Shown here one piece after another: positions 22,161 to 33,528 of a stretch of DNA of 64,000 nucleotides. The stretch comes from an uncultured Chloroflexia bacterium (GTDB lineage: Bacteria > Chloroflexota > Limnocylindria > QHBO01). Where the stretch lies: the NCBI GenBank assembly GCA_963827475.1, contig CAWHAZ010000005.1, forward strand, positions 576,001-640,000, in the 5' to 3' direction. The notes under the pieces are model-generated. The model saw only the letters and a list, made by a program, of their open reading frames with translations. It was not told the origin of the DNA and ran no database searches. The position numbers and the translations under genes are program-made. Position 1 is the stretch's first letter. Each line of letters opens with the position of its first letter.

Positions 22161-22977
22161 CGAGCTTGGCGCCGAGCCGACGGCGGGCGATGACCATCGC
22201 CACCGAGCCGAAGACGGCCAGGTACGCGACGTGGGCCAGGATCGTCACGTCCACGACCCCGGTGGTCAGGCCGCGGAGGAGCTCGACGCAGTGGTACAGC
22301 GGGGTGAGCTGGACGAGGAACTGCAGCCAGTCGGGGTAGATGTCGATCGGGAAGAACGTGCCGCTGAACAGGAACATCGGCATGATCACCAGCCCGAACG
22401 GCAGGTCGAAGTCCTGCACGGTTCGGAGGTACGTCGTGGTGGCCAGCCCCGCGGCGCAGAACGCGAGCGAGCAGAACAGGGTTGCCGGCAGGGCCAGCAC
22501 GGCCCACGGGCTGATGAGGAGGCCCATGACCAGCATCACGCCGATGAACGCGACGGCGTAGATCGTGGCCCGGATCATCGCCCACATCAGCTCACCCAGG
22601 GCGATATCGCCCACACCGAGCGGTGTGGCCAGCACCGCGTCGTAGACCTTCTCGAAGTTCAGCTTGAAGAAGACGTTGAAGATCGTCTCGCTGATGGCGC
22701 CGTTCATCGTCGACTGGGCGAGGAGCCCCGGCGCCACGAACGCGGCGTAGGCCACCACCCGGCCGTCGGTCAGGGTGACGTCCCCGACGATCGTGCCCAG
22801 CCCGTACCCGATCCCGAGCAGGTAGAACAGCGGCTCGAAGAAGCCGCTGAAGATGACGATCCAGCTGTGGCGGTAGACCAGCATGTTCCGCTGCACGAGG
22901 CGCCGGGCCCGGAGGAATGAGCCGATGACCGCCGGCACGGGCCGCGGTGCGGGAGTCGGACGGACGATGACCGCCAT
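22153..22977 (-). CDS. ABC-2 permease (NodJ-like)
   Basis: EPLFYLLGIG, YDAVLATP, PMFLFSGTFFP. Confidence 0.9.
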   Translation of the reverse strand: MAVIVRPTPAPRPVPAVIGSFLRARRLVQRNMLVYRHSWIVIFSGFFEPLFYLLGIGYGLGTIVGDVTLTDGRVVAYAAFVAPGLLAQSTMNGAISETIFNVFFKLNFEKVYDAVLATPLGVGDIALGELMWAMIRATIYAVAFIGVMLVMGLLISPWAVLALPATLFCSLAFCAAGLATTTYLRTVQDFDLPFGLVIMPMFLFSGTFFPIDIYPDWLQFLVQLTPLYHCVELLRGLTTGVVDVTILAHVAYLAVFGSVAMVIARRRLGAKLVK

Positions 22978-22987
22978 GCCTACCGCC

Positions 22988-23755
22988 TCACTTCACCAGG
23001 CGCCGGCTGAGGAACCGATGGGCGAGGTACGTGGCGACCGCCAGGAACCCGAGCAGGTAGGCCACGTGGATCGGCCAGTTCGCCAGCTCGGCGGTCTGGA
23101 GCATGAGGCCGCGGATGAGCGCCACACCGTGGTACAGCGGGGTCAGGGCGGCGACGAACTCGATGGCGTCCGGAAGGCTGGACACCGGGAAGAACGTGCC
23201 GCTGAACAGGAACAGCGGGTTGATGACGAAGCGGAACAGGGCCGCGAAGCCGCCGTCGTTCTTCTGGGTGGCGGTGAAGGCCATGATCGCGGTGAAGAAC
23301 CCGAGGCCGGTGAGCACCGCGGCCGGCCAGGCGAGGATGGCGAGCGGCGAGGTGGGGATCCCGAACAGGGTCAGGACGGTCAGGAATGCGAACGAGATGG
23401 TCGTCAGCCGGAACGCCATCCAGCCCATCTCCCCGAAGACCAGGTCGCGAACCGACAGCGGCGCGGCCAGCATGGCCTCGTAGTTCCGGCGCCAGCTGAT
23501 CTTGCCCATGATCGGGAACGTGGCCTCGAACGAGGCGGTCTGCATGCAGGTCGCGGCCAGCAGGCCGGGGCCGAGGAACTGGAGGTAGGAGACCCCGCCC
23601 AGCGCGCTCTCGTCCTGGGCGGCGATGAAGCTGCCCAGCCCCACGCCCAGGGCGCCGAGGTACAGCAGCGGGTTCAGGAACGACCCGAAGACGCTCCCAC
23701 GCCACGTGCGGCGATAGACCCACAGGTTGCGCTGGGTGACGCGAAGGGCGGTCAT
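22988..23755 (-). CDS. ABC-2 permease (NodJ-like)
   Basis: NPLLYLGALG, YEAMLAAP, PLFLFSGTFFP. Confidence 0.9.
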   Translation of the reverse strand: MTALRVTQRNLWVYRRTWRGSVFGSFLNPLLYLGALGVGLGSFIAAQDESALGGVSYLQFLGPGLLAATCMQTASFEATFPIMGKISWRRNYEAMLAAPLSVRDLVFGEMGWMAFRLTTISFAFLTVLTLFGIPTSPLAILAWPAAVLTGLGFFTAIMAFTATQKNDGGFAALFRFVINPLFLFSGTFFPVSSLPDAIEFVAALTPLYHGVALIRGLMLQTAELANWPIHVAYLLGFLAVATYLAHRFLSRRLVK

Positions 23756-23774
23756 GCGGCGAGATCCGGGCCGC

Positions 23775-24710
23775 TCATTCGATCAGCGTGCGGCCCGTGA
23801 GACGCAGGAACACGTCCTCCAGCGTGGAGCGTCGGACGAGAGCAGATTCGATCGGGATCTCGCGGGCGTGAACACCCTCGAGCGCCTGCTCGCCATCGGC
23901 GGCGTAGAGGAGGATCCGGTCGGGCAGCTCCTCGACCCGGTCCGCGAGGTCGTCCAGGCGTCCGTTCAGCGTCCCACGGACGGCATCGGTCAGGCGCAGC
24001 TCCAGGACCTCGCGGGTGCTGTACTGCTCGATGAGCTCGCGCGGCGAGCCGGCGGCCACGATCTTGGCGTGGTCCATGACCACCAGCCGGTCACAGAGCT
24101 GCTCGGCCTCGTCCATGTAGTGGGTGGTGATCACCAGGGTCACCCCGCGGCTCTTGAGCCGATACAGCCGGTCCCAGACAAGATGGCGGGCCTGGGGATC
24201 GAGGCCGGTCGTCGGTTCGTCCAGCAGGATGAGGTCCGGCTCGTTGATGAGCGCCCGCGCGATCGTCAGCCGCCGCTTCATGCCGCCGGACAGGGGATCG
24301 ACCTGGTCCTTGGCCCGGTCGGTGAGCTGGACGAACTCGAGCAGCTCCTCGGCCCGGGCGCGGGCCACGGGCCCGGGGATGTCGAAGTAGCGGGCGTACA
24401 TCAGGAGGTTTTCCATGACGGTCAGCTCGACGTCGAGGTTCCCATCCTGGGGCACGACTCCGATCCGGGACTTGATCCGCGTCCCGTCTCGGCTCGGATC
24501 CATGCCCACCACGGTCAGCGTCCCGTCGGTGACGGGGCTGATGCAGGCGATCATCCGCATGGTCGAGGTCTTGCCCGCCCCATTCGGACCGAGGAAGCCG
24601 AACGCTTCGCCGACGTGGACGTCGAAGTCGACGCCGTCGACCGCGGTCAGCTCGCCGAACCGCTTGGTCAGGCCGCGGGCATGGATGAGGACATCGCTCT
24701 GGACGGTCAT
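23775..24710 (-). CDS. ABC transporter ATP-binding protein (NodI-like)
   Basis: GPNGAGKTS, LSGGMKRRL, LDEPTTGLDPQARH; start at ATG 24710. Confidence 0.92.
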   Translation of the reverse strand: MTVQSDVLIHARGLTKRFGELTAVDGVDFDVHVGEAFGFLGPNGAGKTSTMRMIACISPVTDGTLTVVGMDPSRDGTRIKSRIGVVPQDGNLDVELTVMENLLMYARYFDIPGPVARARAEELLEFVQLTDRAKDQVDPLSGGMKRRLTIARALINEPDLILLDEPTTGLDPQARHLVWDRLYRLKSRGVTLVITTHYMDEAEQLCDRLVVMDHAKIVAAGSPRELIEQYSTREVLELRLTDAVRGTLNGRLDDLADRVEELPDRILLYAADGEQALEGVHAREIPIESALVRRSTLEDVFLRLTGRTLIE

Positions 24711-24797
24711 GGGGACCGCGATTGTACCGAGGCCTCCCGGCAGGTCACGCTGAGCCTCCGCGCACGCGCGTTGAACATGACCGTCCACAATGGGCCC

Positions 24798-25964
24798 GTG
24801 GCGGAGACTGCGGAGGTCATCATCATCGGCGCCGGGATCCACGGCGCCAGCCTCGCCTTCCACCTGGCCGAGCGCGGCGTGCCCCCGCTCGTGGTGGAGA
24901 AGGGATCCGTCGCGTCGGGTGCCACCGGTCGGTCGAGCGGCATGGTCCGGATGCACTACGACCTCGAGGCCGACGCCCGCCTCGCGTGGCGGAGCCTCGC
25001 CTACTTCACCGCGTGGGAGGAGCGGATCGGCGGCGACTGCGGGTTCAACAACGTCGGCTTCCTGCAGATGGTCGGGCCGCACGAGCTGGCTGCCCTGGAG
25101 GCGAACGTGGCGATGCAGCAGCGGATCGGGATCGCGACCGAGGTCGTGGACGCCGCCGAGGTCCGCCGCGTGCTTCCCGGTGTGGAGATCGGGGACGACG
25201 AGGTGGCGGCCTTCGAGCCGCGCTCCGGGTACGCCGACCCGGCTTCCTCGGCGGGATCACTCATGAGCGCAGCCATGCGCATGGGCGCGCGCCTCGTCCA
25301 GCACGCGCCGGTGACCGGGGTCCGGGTCGAGGGCGACCGGGTGGTGGGCGTCCGCACCGAGCAGGGGGACTTCGACGCGCCGGTGGTGGTCGATGCCGCG
25401 GGAGCGTGGGCGGGCAGGGTGGCGGCCAGCGTCGGCCTTGATATCCCAGTGGACGTGTGGCGCCACGACGTCGCCTACGTCTGGCGGCCGCCGGACCTGC
25501 CGCGCCACGTCGGCTTCATCGATTTCGCCAACCTGTTCTACAGCCGCCCGGAGGGGGAGTCGCTGACCCTGATCGCGCTCGAGGACGGCAACCCGCTGCA
25601 GGGAGATCCGGACGCGCCGGTCGACGCGGCCGCGCGAGGGTTCCTGGAGCGCGCCGCGGAGCGCATCGTTCGCCGCCTGCCGCAGTTCGGCCGGGCCGGG
25701 GTGCACTCCGCGCACAGCGGCCAGGACGGGATCACGCCCGACCAGCACCCGATCATCGGTCCGGCCGGGCCGGAGGGTTTCTGGCTCGACTGCGGCTACT
25801 CGGGGACCGGGTTCAAGATCGCGCCGGCCGTGGGCGAGAGCCTGGCCCAGCTCATCGTCGAGGGCCCGGCCGCCAACGACGACCTGGCGATCTACCGATT
25901 CGAGCGCTTCGCCGAGGGGAGTCTCATCGCCGGGGAGCACTCGTACGGCGACATCTGGCGCTGA
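24798..25964 (+). CDS. FAD-dependent oxidoreductase (DadA/sarcosine oxidase beta family)
   Basis: IIGAGIHG, ATGRSSG, TPDQHPIIG, GYSGTGFKIAPAVG. Confidence 0.9.
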   Translation: MAETAEVIIIGAGIHGASLAFHLAERGVPPLVVEKGSVASGATGRSSGMVRMHYDLEADARLAWRSLAYFTAWEERIGGDCGFNNVGFLQMVGPHELAALEANVAMQQRIGIATEVVDAAEVRRVLPGVEIGDDEVAAFEPRSGYADPASSAGSLMSAAMRMGARLVQHAPVTGVRVEGDRVVGVRTEQGDFDAPVVVDAAGAWAGRVAASVGLDIPVDVWRHDVAYVWRPPDLPRHVGFIDFANLFYSRPEGESLTLIALEDGNPLQGDPDAPVDAAARGFLERAAERIVRRLPQFGRAGVHSAHSGQDGITPDQHPIIGPAGPEGFWLDCGYSGTGFKIAPAVGESLAQLIVEGPAANDDLAIYRFERFAEGSLIAGEHSYGDIWR

Positions 25965-26004
25965 CGACGCCAGCGAGCGGATACGCCTCCGCGCCGGATA
26001 GGCC

Positions 26005-26706
26005 TCAGGCCTCCCAGGTCTCGCCCGGCTCGAGGGCCACGACCTCGGCATCGGTCGCCTCCGCCAGCTCGGTCGGGGTGCCGGTCAGGATCGGGAAGGT
26101 GCCGTAGTGGACCGGGATGACGGTCCGAGCGCCGATCAGCGCGACCGCCCGCGCGGCATCGGCCGGGCCCATCGTGTAGTGGCCGCCGATCGGGAGCACG
26201 GCGATCGTCGGCGACCAGCGCTCGCGGACGAGGGCCATGTCGCCGAACAGGTCGGTGTCGCCGGTGTGGTAGACGCTGGTGCCGTCCTCGAATCGGAGGA
26301 CCCAGCCCCAGCAGCCGACCTCGCGGGTCGTCGGGCCGCCGCCGGTGAGGGTCACCGCCCCGGTGTGCTCGGCGTGGACCATGGTGAAGCCGATCCCCGC
26401 CGCCTCGAACGTCCCGCCCTTGTTCATGCCCACCGCCTCGACCCCCTTCTCGCCGAGGTACAGGCTCATCTCGTGGGACCCGACCACCGTTCCGCCCCGA
26501 CCGGCGAGATCCACGACATCGACCGCGTCGTCGCCGACGTGGTCGAAGTGGCCGTGGGTGGGCGCCACGACGTCCACCTGCCACGGCTCCGGCGGCGCGA
26601 CGTAGGTCGGCGCGCCGCTCCATCGGTCGACCCATACCCACTTGTCGCCTGGGGACTGGTACAGGACGCCCCCGTGGCCCAGCCGGGTGATGCGTAGTCG
26701 GGACAT
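26005..26706 (-). CDS. Metal-dependent hydrolase, MBL fold (UPF0173-like)
   Basis: THGHFDH, YHTGDT, PIGGHYTMGP, IPVHYGTFP. Confidence 0.9.
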   Translation of the reverse strand: MSRLRITRLGHGGVLYQSPGDKWVWVDRWSGAPTYVAPPEPWQVDVVAPTHGHFDHVGDDAVDVVDLAGRGGTVVGSHEMSLYLGEKGVEAVGMNKGGTFEAAGIGFTMVHAEHTGAVTLTGGGPTTREVGCWGWVLRFEDGTSVYHTGDTDLFGDMALVRERWSPTIAVLPIGGHYTMGPADAARAVALIGARTVIPVHYGTFPILTGTPTELAEATDAEVVALEPGETWEA

Positions 26707-26719
26707 CGGTGTCCTCCGT

Positions 26720-27418
26720 TCAGCCGGGAATGATGAGCCGGCCGGCGGCCGCGAGGCGCTCCAGCCAGGCGGCCTCGGCCCCGAGGGTCGTCTCCGGGCC
26801 GTGGCCGGGCAGGACGCGGGTCTCGGGCGGGATCTCGTGGAGCAGGCGGGTCAGCGAGGCCACCATCTGGTCGTCGTTCCCACCGGACAGGTCGGTCCGG
26901 CCGTACGAGCCGCGGAACAGGACGTCGCCGCTCAGCAGCAGGCCGCGGTCGGCCTCGTACAGGCAGACCGATCCCTCCGAATGGCCGGGCGTGTGCAGGA
27001 CCCGGAACCGCAGCTGACCGATGGCCAGGCTCTCACCCTCCAGCAGCTCCTGGTCGGCGACGCTCGGTTCGACATGAAGGCCGTAGATGTTGTCGCCGCT
27101 GAGCCGATAGGCGTCGTCCGGATGGATGGCCAGCGGAGCGCCGCTGGAACGCTTGATGGCCGCGTTGTCGAAGATGTGGTCGATGTGCCCGTGGCTGTTG
27201 GCCACGAGGTGGATCCTCAGGCCGAGCTCCGCCGCTCCGGCCGCGAGCGCGTCCGCCGCGCCCATGCCGGGATCCAGGACCAGCGCGTCGTCCGAGGTGC
27301 CGTCCCACACGAGGTACGCATTGGTCAGCCACGGGCCGAAGGCCCCGACCTGGATCCCGACCGCGTGTCCGGGCTCCGCCGCGGCGCGGTTGCGCTGGAT
27401 GACGGTCTCGTCGGTCAC
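26720..27418 (-). CDS. MBL-fold metallo-hydrolase (glyoxalase II-like)
   Basis: SHGHIDH, HTPGHS, SGDVLF, PGHG; GTG start overlaps the lipB stop. Confidence 0.88.
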   Translation of the reverse strand: MTDETVIQRNRAAAEPGHAVGIQVGAFGPWLTNAYLVWDGTSDDALVLDPGMGAADALAAGAAELGLRIHLVANSHGHIDHIFDNAAIKRSSGAPLAIHPDDAYRLSGDNIYGLHVEPSVADQELLEGESLAIGQLRFRVLHTPGHSEGSVCLYEADRGLLLSGDVLFRGSYGRTDLSGGNDDQMVASLTRLLHEIPPETRVLPGHGPETTLGAEAAWLERLAAAGRLIIPG

Positions 27419-28182
27419 GCGTCGGGGGCGAGCCGCAGCCCGAAGGCCGTGGCCAGGGCGGCGGCGAGCACGTCGCCGACATCGGTCAGCGGCAGGGAGC
27501 GACCGGTCTCCCGTTCCAGGCTCGTCACCTCGCAGCCGGGGATGCCGCACGGGACCATCTCGGCGAACCACGACAGGTCGGTGCTGACGTTGAGCGCGAG
27601 GCCGTGGGTCGTCACCCCGCGCCGGACCCGGACGCCGACGGCCGCCAGCTTGCGCTCGCCGTCGACCCAGACGCCGGGCAGCCCCTCGCGCCGATCGGCG
27701 GGGACGCCGAACGCGGCGGCGGTGCCGATCACGGCGGCCTCCAGGGCGCGCACGTAGCGGCGCAGGTCGAGCGGGTCGGCCAGCTCGACGATCGGGTAGG
27801 CGACCAGCTGACCCGGGCCGTGGAAGGTGATGTCCCCGCCGCGGTCGATGCGGACCAGCTCGGCGCCAAGGGCTTGGAGCCGTTCCGGCGTCGCCAGCAG
27901 GTTGCCTTCGTCCCCACCCCGACCGATGGTGTAGACCGGGTCGTGCTCGAGGAGCAGCAGCCGGTCGCCGATCTCGCGCCGCCGCCGCCGGTCGGCAAGC
28001 TCGTTCTGGAGCTCCCAGGTCGGTCGATACGGGACGCGGCCGAGCCACTCGACGGCGAGCACCCCGCCGTTGCCGAGCAGGAGCGGGCGGGACGAGTCGA
28101 CCTCCCGGGTGCGAAGACCGGCCGGACGTTGGGCATCGGGTCCGGGCTCGGGAGGACGGCTGATGTCGCGGAGCTGGACCAT
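27415..28182 (-). CDS. lipB: Lipoyl(octanoyl) transferase
   Basis: EHDPVYTIG, RGGDITFHGPGQLVAYP, HGLALN, PCG. Confidence 0.95.
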   Translation of the reverse strand: MVQLRDISRPPEPGPDAQRPAGLRTREVDSSRPLLLGNGGVLAVEWLGRVPYRPTWELQNELADRRRRREIGDRLLLLEHDPVYTIGRGGDEGNLLATPERLQALGAELVRIDRGGDITFHGPGQLVAYPIVELADPLDLRRYVRALEAAVIGTAAAFGVPADRREGLPGVWVDGERKLAAVGVRVRRGVTTHGLALNVSTDLSWFAEMVPCGIPGCEVTSLERETGRSLPLTDVGDVLAAALATAFGLRLAPDA

Positions 28183-28185
28183 CGG

Positions 28186-28720
28186 TCAGACGGTCGCCGT
28201 GCCGTGTCCCCCGCGAAGCCCCCGCAGGGCCTCGACCATGCCCAGGTGGCGGTTGGCGTGGGCGAGGTGCCGGGTGAGGGAGTCGGCGAGGGGCGCCTGC
28301 TTCCCGAGCAGGTCGTCGTGAAGCGCCAGCATCGCGTCGTCGTCGAGGGCGCCGACGGCCTGCTCGAGGTCGTTGTAGGCGCCTCGCAGGTACGTGGTCA
28401 GCTGGTCGCGCCGGGGAAACGGGAGGTCCGCGGCCTCGTCGTCGGGGAGCAGCATGCCGGTGTCCCCGGCCCCCAGCGCCCCGGCGAAGCCCCAACTGGC
28501 GGTCAGCCCTTCACGCAGCCACCGTTGCGGGGCGCCGCCGACGCGTCTCCGCCCAGCGGTCCGCCCATCGGGCGGTGTGCCACAGATGGAAGGCGATGGG
28601 CGGCGAGGTGGGGCCAGGGCGCCAGGTCAGGTCGTCATCCGTGCAGGCTTCCGCGGCGTCGAGCAGCTGGCGATGGGTGATGGCCAACCGCCCGGCCAGG
28701 ATCTCGAGGTGCTTCCGCAT
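28186..28720 (-). CDS. DinB superfamily protein (frameshift near 28520)
   Basis: WRP..IAFHLWH N-terminal part and HLAHANRHLG C-terminal metal motif lie in two frames. Confidence 0.72.
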
Positions 28721-28728
28721 CGGTTCCT

Positions 28729-29776
28729 TCAGCCGACGGCAGCCAGGTCGCGGCCCGGAATCTGCTCGGCGGCGTGGTAGCTCGAGCGCACGAGCGGGCC
28801 GGACTGGACGTGGGCGAACCCCATCTCGAGGCCGATCCGGCGCAGCGCCATGAACTCGGCGGGGGTGTAGTACTTCGCCAGCGGCAGATGACTGCGGCTC
28901 GGGCGCAGGTACTGGCCGATGGTCAGCACGTCGATCTCCGCTTCGCGGAGCAGGCCCATGGCGTCCACGAGCTCATCCCAGGTCTCGCCCAGGCCGACCA
29001 TCAGACCGGTCTTGGTCGTCATCGGATGACCGATGTCGGCCGCCAGCCGGCGGCCGGCGCGGAGAACCTCCACGCTGCGGTCCCACCGGGCGCGTCGGCG
29101 GACCGGACGCTGGAGCCGCGGGACGGTCTCGACGTTGTGGTTGAGGATCTCCGGCTGCGACTCGACCACGGTCCGGATGTCGCGCTCGCGACCGTTCAGG
29201 TCGCTGATGAGGACCTCGATGCTTGTCCCCGGGCTGGCCGAGACGGATCTGGCGCACGGTGTCCGCCACCACCGCCGCGCCGCCGTCGGGCAGGTCGTCG
29301 CGGGCGACCATGGTCACCACCGCGTGCTTCAGTCCCATCCGCTTTGCCGCATCGGCGACGCGGCGCGGCTCGTCGAGATCGGTCTCCGGCGGGCGCCCGG
29401 TCTGGATGGCGCAGAAGCCGCAGTTCCGGGTGCAGACGCTGCCGAGGACCATGAACGTGGCGGTGCCCAGGGTCCAGCACTCCCCCTGGTTCGGGCAGCG
29501 GGCCTCCTCGCAGACGGTGTGCAGCGCCTCGTCGCGCATCAGCCGCCGCAGCCCCGCGTACGTCTCGCCGGCACCGATGCGGACCTTGAGCCACTCCGGC
29601 CGTCTCCCGCCCGGTCCGGCGTTCTCGGGGATCGGCTCACCCGGCCCGGGCAGGCCGCTGTCGACGTCGGGTCCTCCGGGGTACATCACCGCCGACGGTC
29701 CGTGGTGGCCGTCCGGGGAGTCGGACGTGGGCCCGACGACCGACAGCTCACCCAGGGTCGAGAAATCTCGAGGCAT
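28729..29776 (-). CDS. lipA: Lipoyl synthase (frameshift near 29225)
   Basis: [35 protein letters not shown]. Confidence 0.94.
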
Positions 29777-29816
29777 CGATCCGAAGTCTAGCGAAGGCCG
29801 CGACTACACTCGAAAC

Positions 29817-30555
29817 GTGCCCGTCCACCTGCCCACTGCCGTGGCGGAGATCGAGACCGCGATCCGTGCCACGGGCACGCCGGAGCGTGCGATCCAGGAA
29901 AAGCGGTACCTCAAGAGCGATCTGACCTTCCTGGGCGCGACGGTGTGGCAGACGCGCGCCGTGGTGAAGGCCTTTGCCAAGGGGCATCCGCTCGACCGCA
30001 ACACGCTCGTCGGGCTCGTCGAGACGTTGTGGGATGCGCCGATCTTCGAGCTGAGGATGGCCGCGGTCCAGCTGCTGGAGCTCCATCCGAAGCTGCTCGG
30101 CGCGGCCGATCTGCCACTGCTCGAGCGGCTCGTGCGCCAGTCGCGGACGTGGGCGCTGGTCGACGGCCTGGCCGGCGACGTGGTCGGCGGCATCCGCCTC
30201 GCGGATCCATCGGTCAAACCCGTTCTCGACCGATGGGCTGGCGATCCCGACTTCTGGATCCGCCGCGCGTCGCTCCTGGCCGAGCTGAAGCCGCTCCGCG
30301 CGGGCGCGGAGCTCGAGCCCTTCCTGGCCCGGGCGGACCGCATGCTCGACGAGCGTGAGTTCTTCATCCGGAAGGCCATCGGCTGGGTCCTGCGCGAGGT
30401 GAGCAAGAAGCGCCCGGACGAGGTCGCGGCCTGGCTCGGCCCCCGAACCGGGCGAGCGTCCGGCGTCACGATGCGCGAGGCGGTCCGCTACCTGCCCGAA
30501 CCGGACCGCGAGCGGCTGATGGCCGCCTACCGGGAGCGCCGCGTCCGCGAGCTAG
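29817..30555 (+). CDS. DNA alkylation repair protein (AlkD-like HEAT repeat); 3' end approximate
   Basis: WALVD, DFWIRR, EFFIRKAIGWVLRE. The listed ORF reads on to 30776, probably because of an indel near 30550. Confidence 0.82.
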
Positions 30556-30691
30556 GCGCGAATCGCCATCCAAAGTACCGGGGCGGTCCTGGTGGTCCAT
30601 GGTGCCCGCCGTCAACGGTCGAGAGGGTCTGTGCGCGGGATGACCGATTCTCCTATCGATCTGCCCGTGACCCTTGGGTAGGGTCCGGCCC

Positions 30692-32543
30692 ATGCCGCAA
30701 CCGCGCACGCCCGGCGCGCGATCCGCTCGATCGCGCCGGCCGGTCCTGCTCGCGCTCGTCTTTGGCATCTTCCTGATGCTCATCGGGGTGACCGCCACCG
30801 CGCTGGTCGCGGTCACCGCCATGCACCTGTCGAGCGCCACCCTGCAGGCCGTCGTGGACCGCGACCGGGCGCTGGTCGAGCTGTTCGTGAACGGCAACGT
30901 CACCGCCGCCGACATCGACGAGAACGGCCCGACCCGCGCCTCGGCCGAGGCGCTGGAGGCCAGGCTCGCCACCCTCACCGACCAGGACGAGATTCTCCGG
31001 ATCGATATCCGCGCCCTGGACGGCACGGTCCTCGCCAGCTCGACGCCCGGACTGCGCGGCACGACGCTGGCTCCTTCCGGCGCGATGGAGACCGCGATGG
31101 AAGGTCGGCCGTCGGTCAGCCTGGTGGACGCCACGGCCGTCACGGACGTGGGCGAGGTCGCGCTCGGGACGGACCAGGTCGTCCAGGAATACCTGCCACT
31201 CCTGTCCGACGACCGGGAGCCCCTGGCCGTGGTCGCCGTCTGGCGGGACGCCGCGCCGCTCCTCGCCGCGGTGGATGCCGCCCGCCGCGACATCGTCATC
31301 GTGACCCTGGCCGCGGCCGTCCTCCTGGCGGTGATCCTTCTCGGTGTCTTCTGGGCGGCGCAGAAGCGGATCCTCCGCCAGCAGGCCGAGCTGGTCGAGG
31401 CCGAGCGCCGCGACTCGCTGACCAACCTCCTCAACCACGGCGCGGTGGTGACGATCCTCGCCGACGCGGTGGAGTCGGCGCGGGCCAAGGGTCGCCGCTT
31501 CGGGCTGGCATTGGTCGACATCGACAACTTCCGGCTGTTCAACGACACCCACGGCCACGACGCGGCCGACCAGGTGCTGCTCCGCGTCGCGGACTGGCTC
31601 CAGCGCGAGGACGGCGAGGGCAAGGCCGTCGCCCGGTACGGCCCGGACGAGTTCCTGCTCGTCCTGCCCGGCGCCGGCCGCGCCGAGATGGAGGCCGCGG
31701 TCGCCCGCGTCCGCGCCGGGCTCTCCGGGGTGAGCGTCCAGTTCGGCGAGTCCGAGCAGCTGCCGGTCACGGTCAGCGCCGGCATCTGCCTGTATCCCGA
31801 TCACGCGGACTCGGTGACCGAGCTGCTGTCCGCGGTCACCGTGGCGGTGGGGGAGGCGAAGGCCAGCGGCGGCGACGCGGTGTGCGTCGCCCAGATGGGC
31901 GACGAGCGCCAGAAGGCGGTGACCGGCAGCTTCGACGTCCTCCAGGGCCTGGTCATCGCCGTCGACTCCAAGGACCGCTACACGAAGCGCCACTCGGAGG
32001 ACGTGGCCCGCTACGCGGTGTTCCTCGCCGGCCAGCTGGGTCTCGATCCCGACCTGCGGCGGACTATTCATCTCGCCGGCCTGCTGCATGACGTGGGCAA
32101 GATCGGTATTCCCGACCACCTCCTGCGCAAGCCGAGCAAGCTGACCGCCGAGGAGTTCGACGTCTTCAAGCAGCACGTGGCGCTCGGTGACGCGATCGTG
32201 CGCGACATCCCGAACGTCGACCTCGTGCGATCCGGCATCCGCCATCACCACGAGCGCTGGGACGGCAACGGCTACCTCGACGGGCTCGAGGGCGGGGACA
32301 TCCCGGTCATCGCCAGGGTGCTGGCGGTGGCCGATGCGTTCTCGGCGATGACGACCACCCGCCCGTACCGCAAGGCCCTGTCCGTGGAAGAGGCCCTCAA
32401 GCGACTGGGCGACGCGGCCGACCGGCAGCTCGAGGAGGACCTCGTGGTCGCCTTCATCAAGGGGATGGAGACCGCGCCCGACGCCCCGATGCCGTCCGAA
32501 CGTCCCGTCGGGGATCTGGCGGCCCGCGGAGTGGGTGGCCTGA
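30692..32543 (+). CDS. Membrane-anchored GGDEF + HD-GYP c-di-GMP signalling protein
   Basis: Two TMs around a sensor domain, DSLT, DIDNF, RYGPDEF, HDVGK, HHERWDGNGYL. The natural stop is likely TGA 32541, after an indel in a G run. Confidence 0.85.
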
Positions 32544-32545
32544 CC

Positions 32546-33494
32546 GTGCGCCGCGTCGCCGTCCTCGTCGCGTCCGCGCTGACCGCCATTCTCGGTCTGG
32601 CGACCCCGGTCGCTGCCGCGGTCCAGTGGACCATCCTCGGGGCACCGCTGACCGCGACCGTGTTCCAGTCGACGACGTACACCTTCACCGCGACAAACGT
32701 GCTGTTCCTGAACGAGATCGGGTGCGTGGAGATCCAGCTCCCGGCCACCTACGTGATCGACGGGCTCGGCGACCCATCGGCCTCCAACGGCGACGACTGG
32801 ATCGCGGAGATCTACGGCGGCACGAACTGGGTGCTCATCCACTCCACGTCCGGCGGCGGGCGGCTGGAGCTCCTGGAGACGGTCACCTTCACCGTCCAGG
32901 CCACCGCGACCCAGGTCGGCGCCCAGCTGTGGAACACGCACGCCCACCGCCAACAGGACTGCTCGGGCCCCGAGGTCGAACCCGGGGTGTGGCCCGCGGT
33001 CGTGGCCCCGGCCCTCCTGCCGACCCCACCGCCACCGCCACCGCCGCCACTGCCGACCCCGGTCCCGACCCCCACGCTGCCGCCAGCTCCCCACGCCGCC
33101 GCCTCTTCCGATCGACACCCCCGAGCCGTCACGCACGCCGATCCCGACCGAGACCTCGTCCCCCACGCCTTCGCCGACCCCGCGCCAGACGCCGGGCGTC
33201 GTGGGCGCCGCGGCGCCCCCGCCGGCCGGGCCCGGCAATCCCACCTCGGCGGGCCGACTGGCGCCGCTGTCCGACGGTCAGACCTCGGCCATCGGGCTCG
33301 GGACGGAGGTGCTTGCCCTGCTCGACGGACCGCTGGTGTGGTTCGTCCCGGGCGCGGCCGTCGCCGTGCCGGGACTGCTCGTCGTGCTGTTCATCGCGCT
33401 CCAGGCCATCGGGGCACTGGCGTGGGTCCCGGCCGTGCGCCGGATGAGCGGCGATCCGGTGCCGATCCAGCGGCGGCGGCGTCCGGGCGACTGA
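32546..33494 (+). CDS. Secreted/surface protein with Pro-rich linker and C-terminal TM (frameshifted)
   Basis: Signal peptide MRRVAVLVASALTAILGLATPVAAA, beta-rich domain, PTPPPP linker, TM in the 33201 frame. Confidence 0.65.
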
Positions 33495-33528
33495 CCGCGC
33501 CCGAGGCGCCGGCGCCGGCGCTCCGGCG

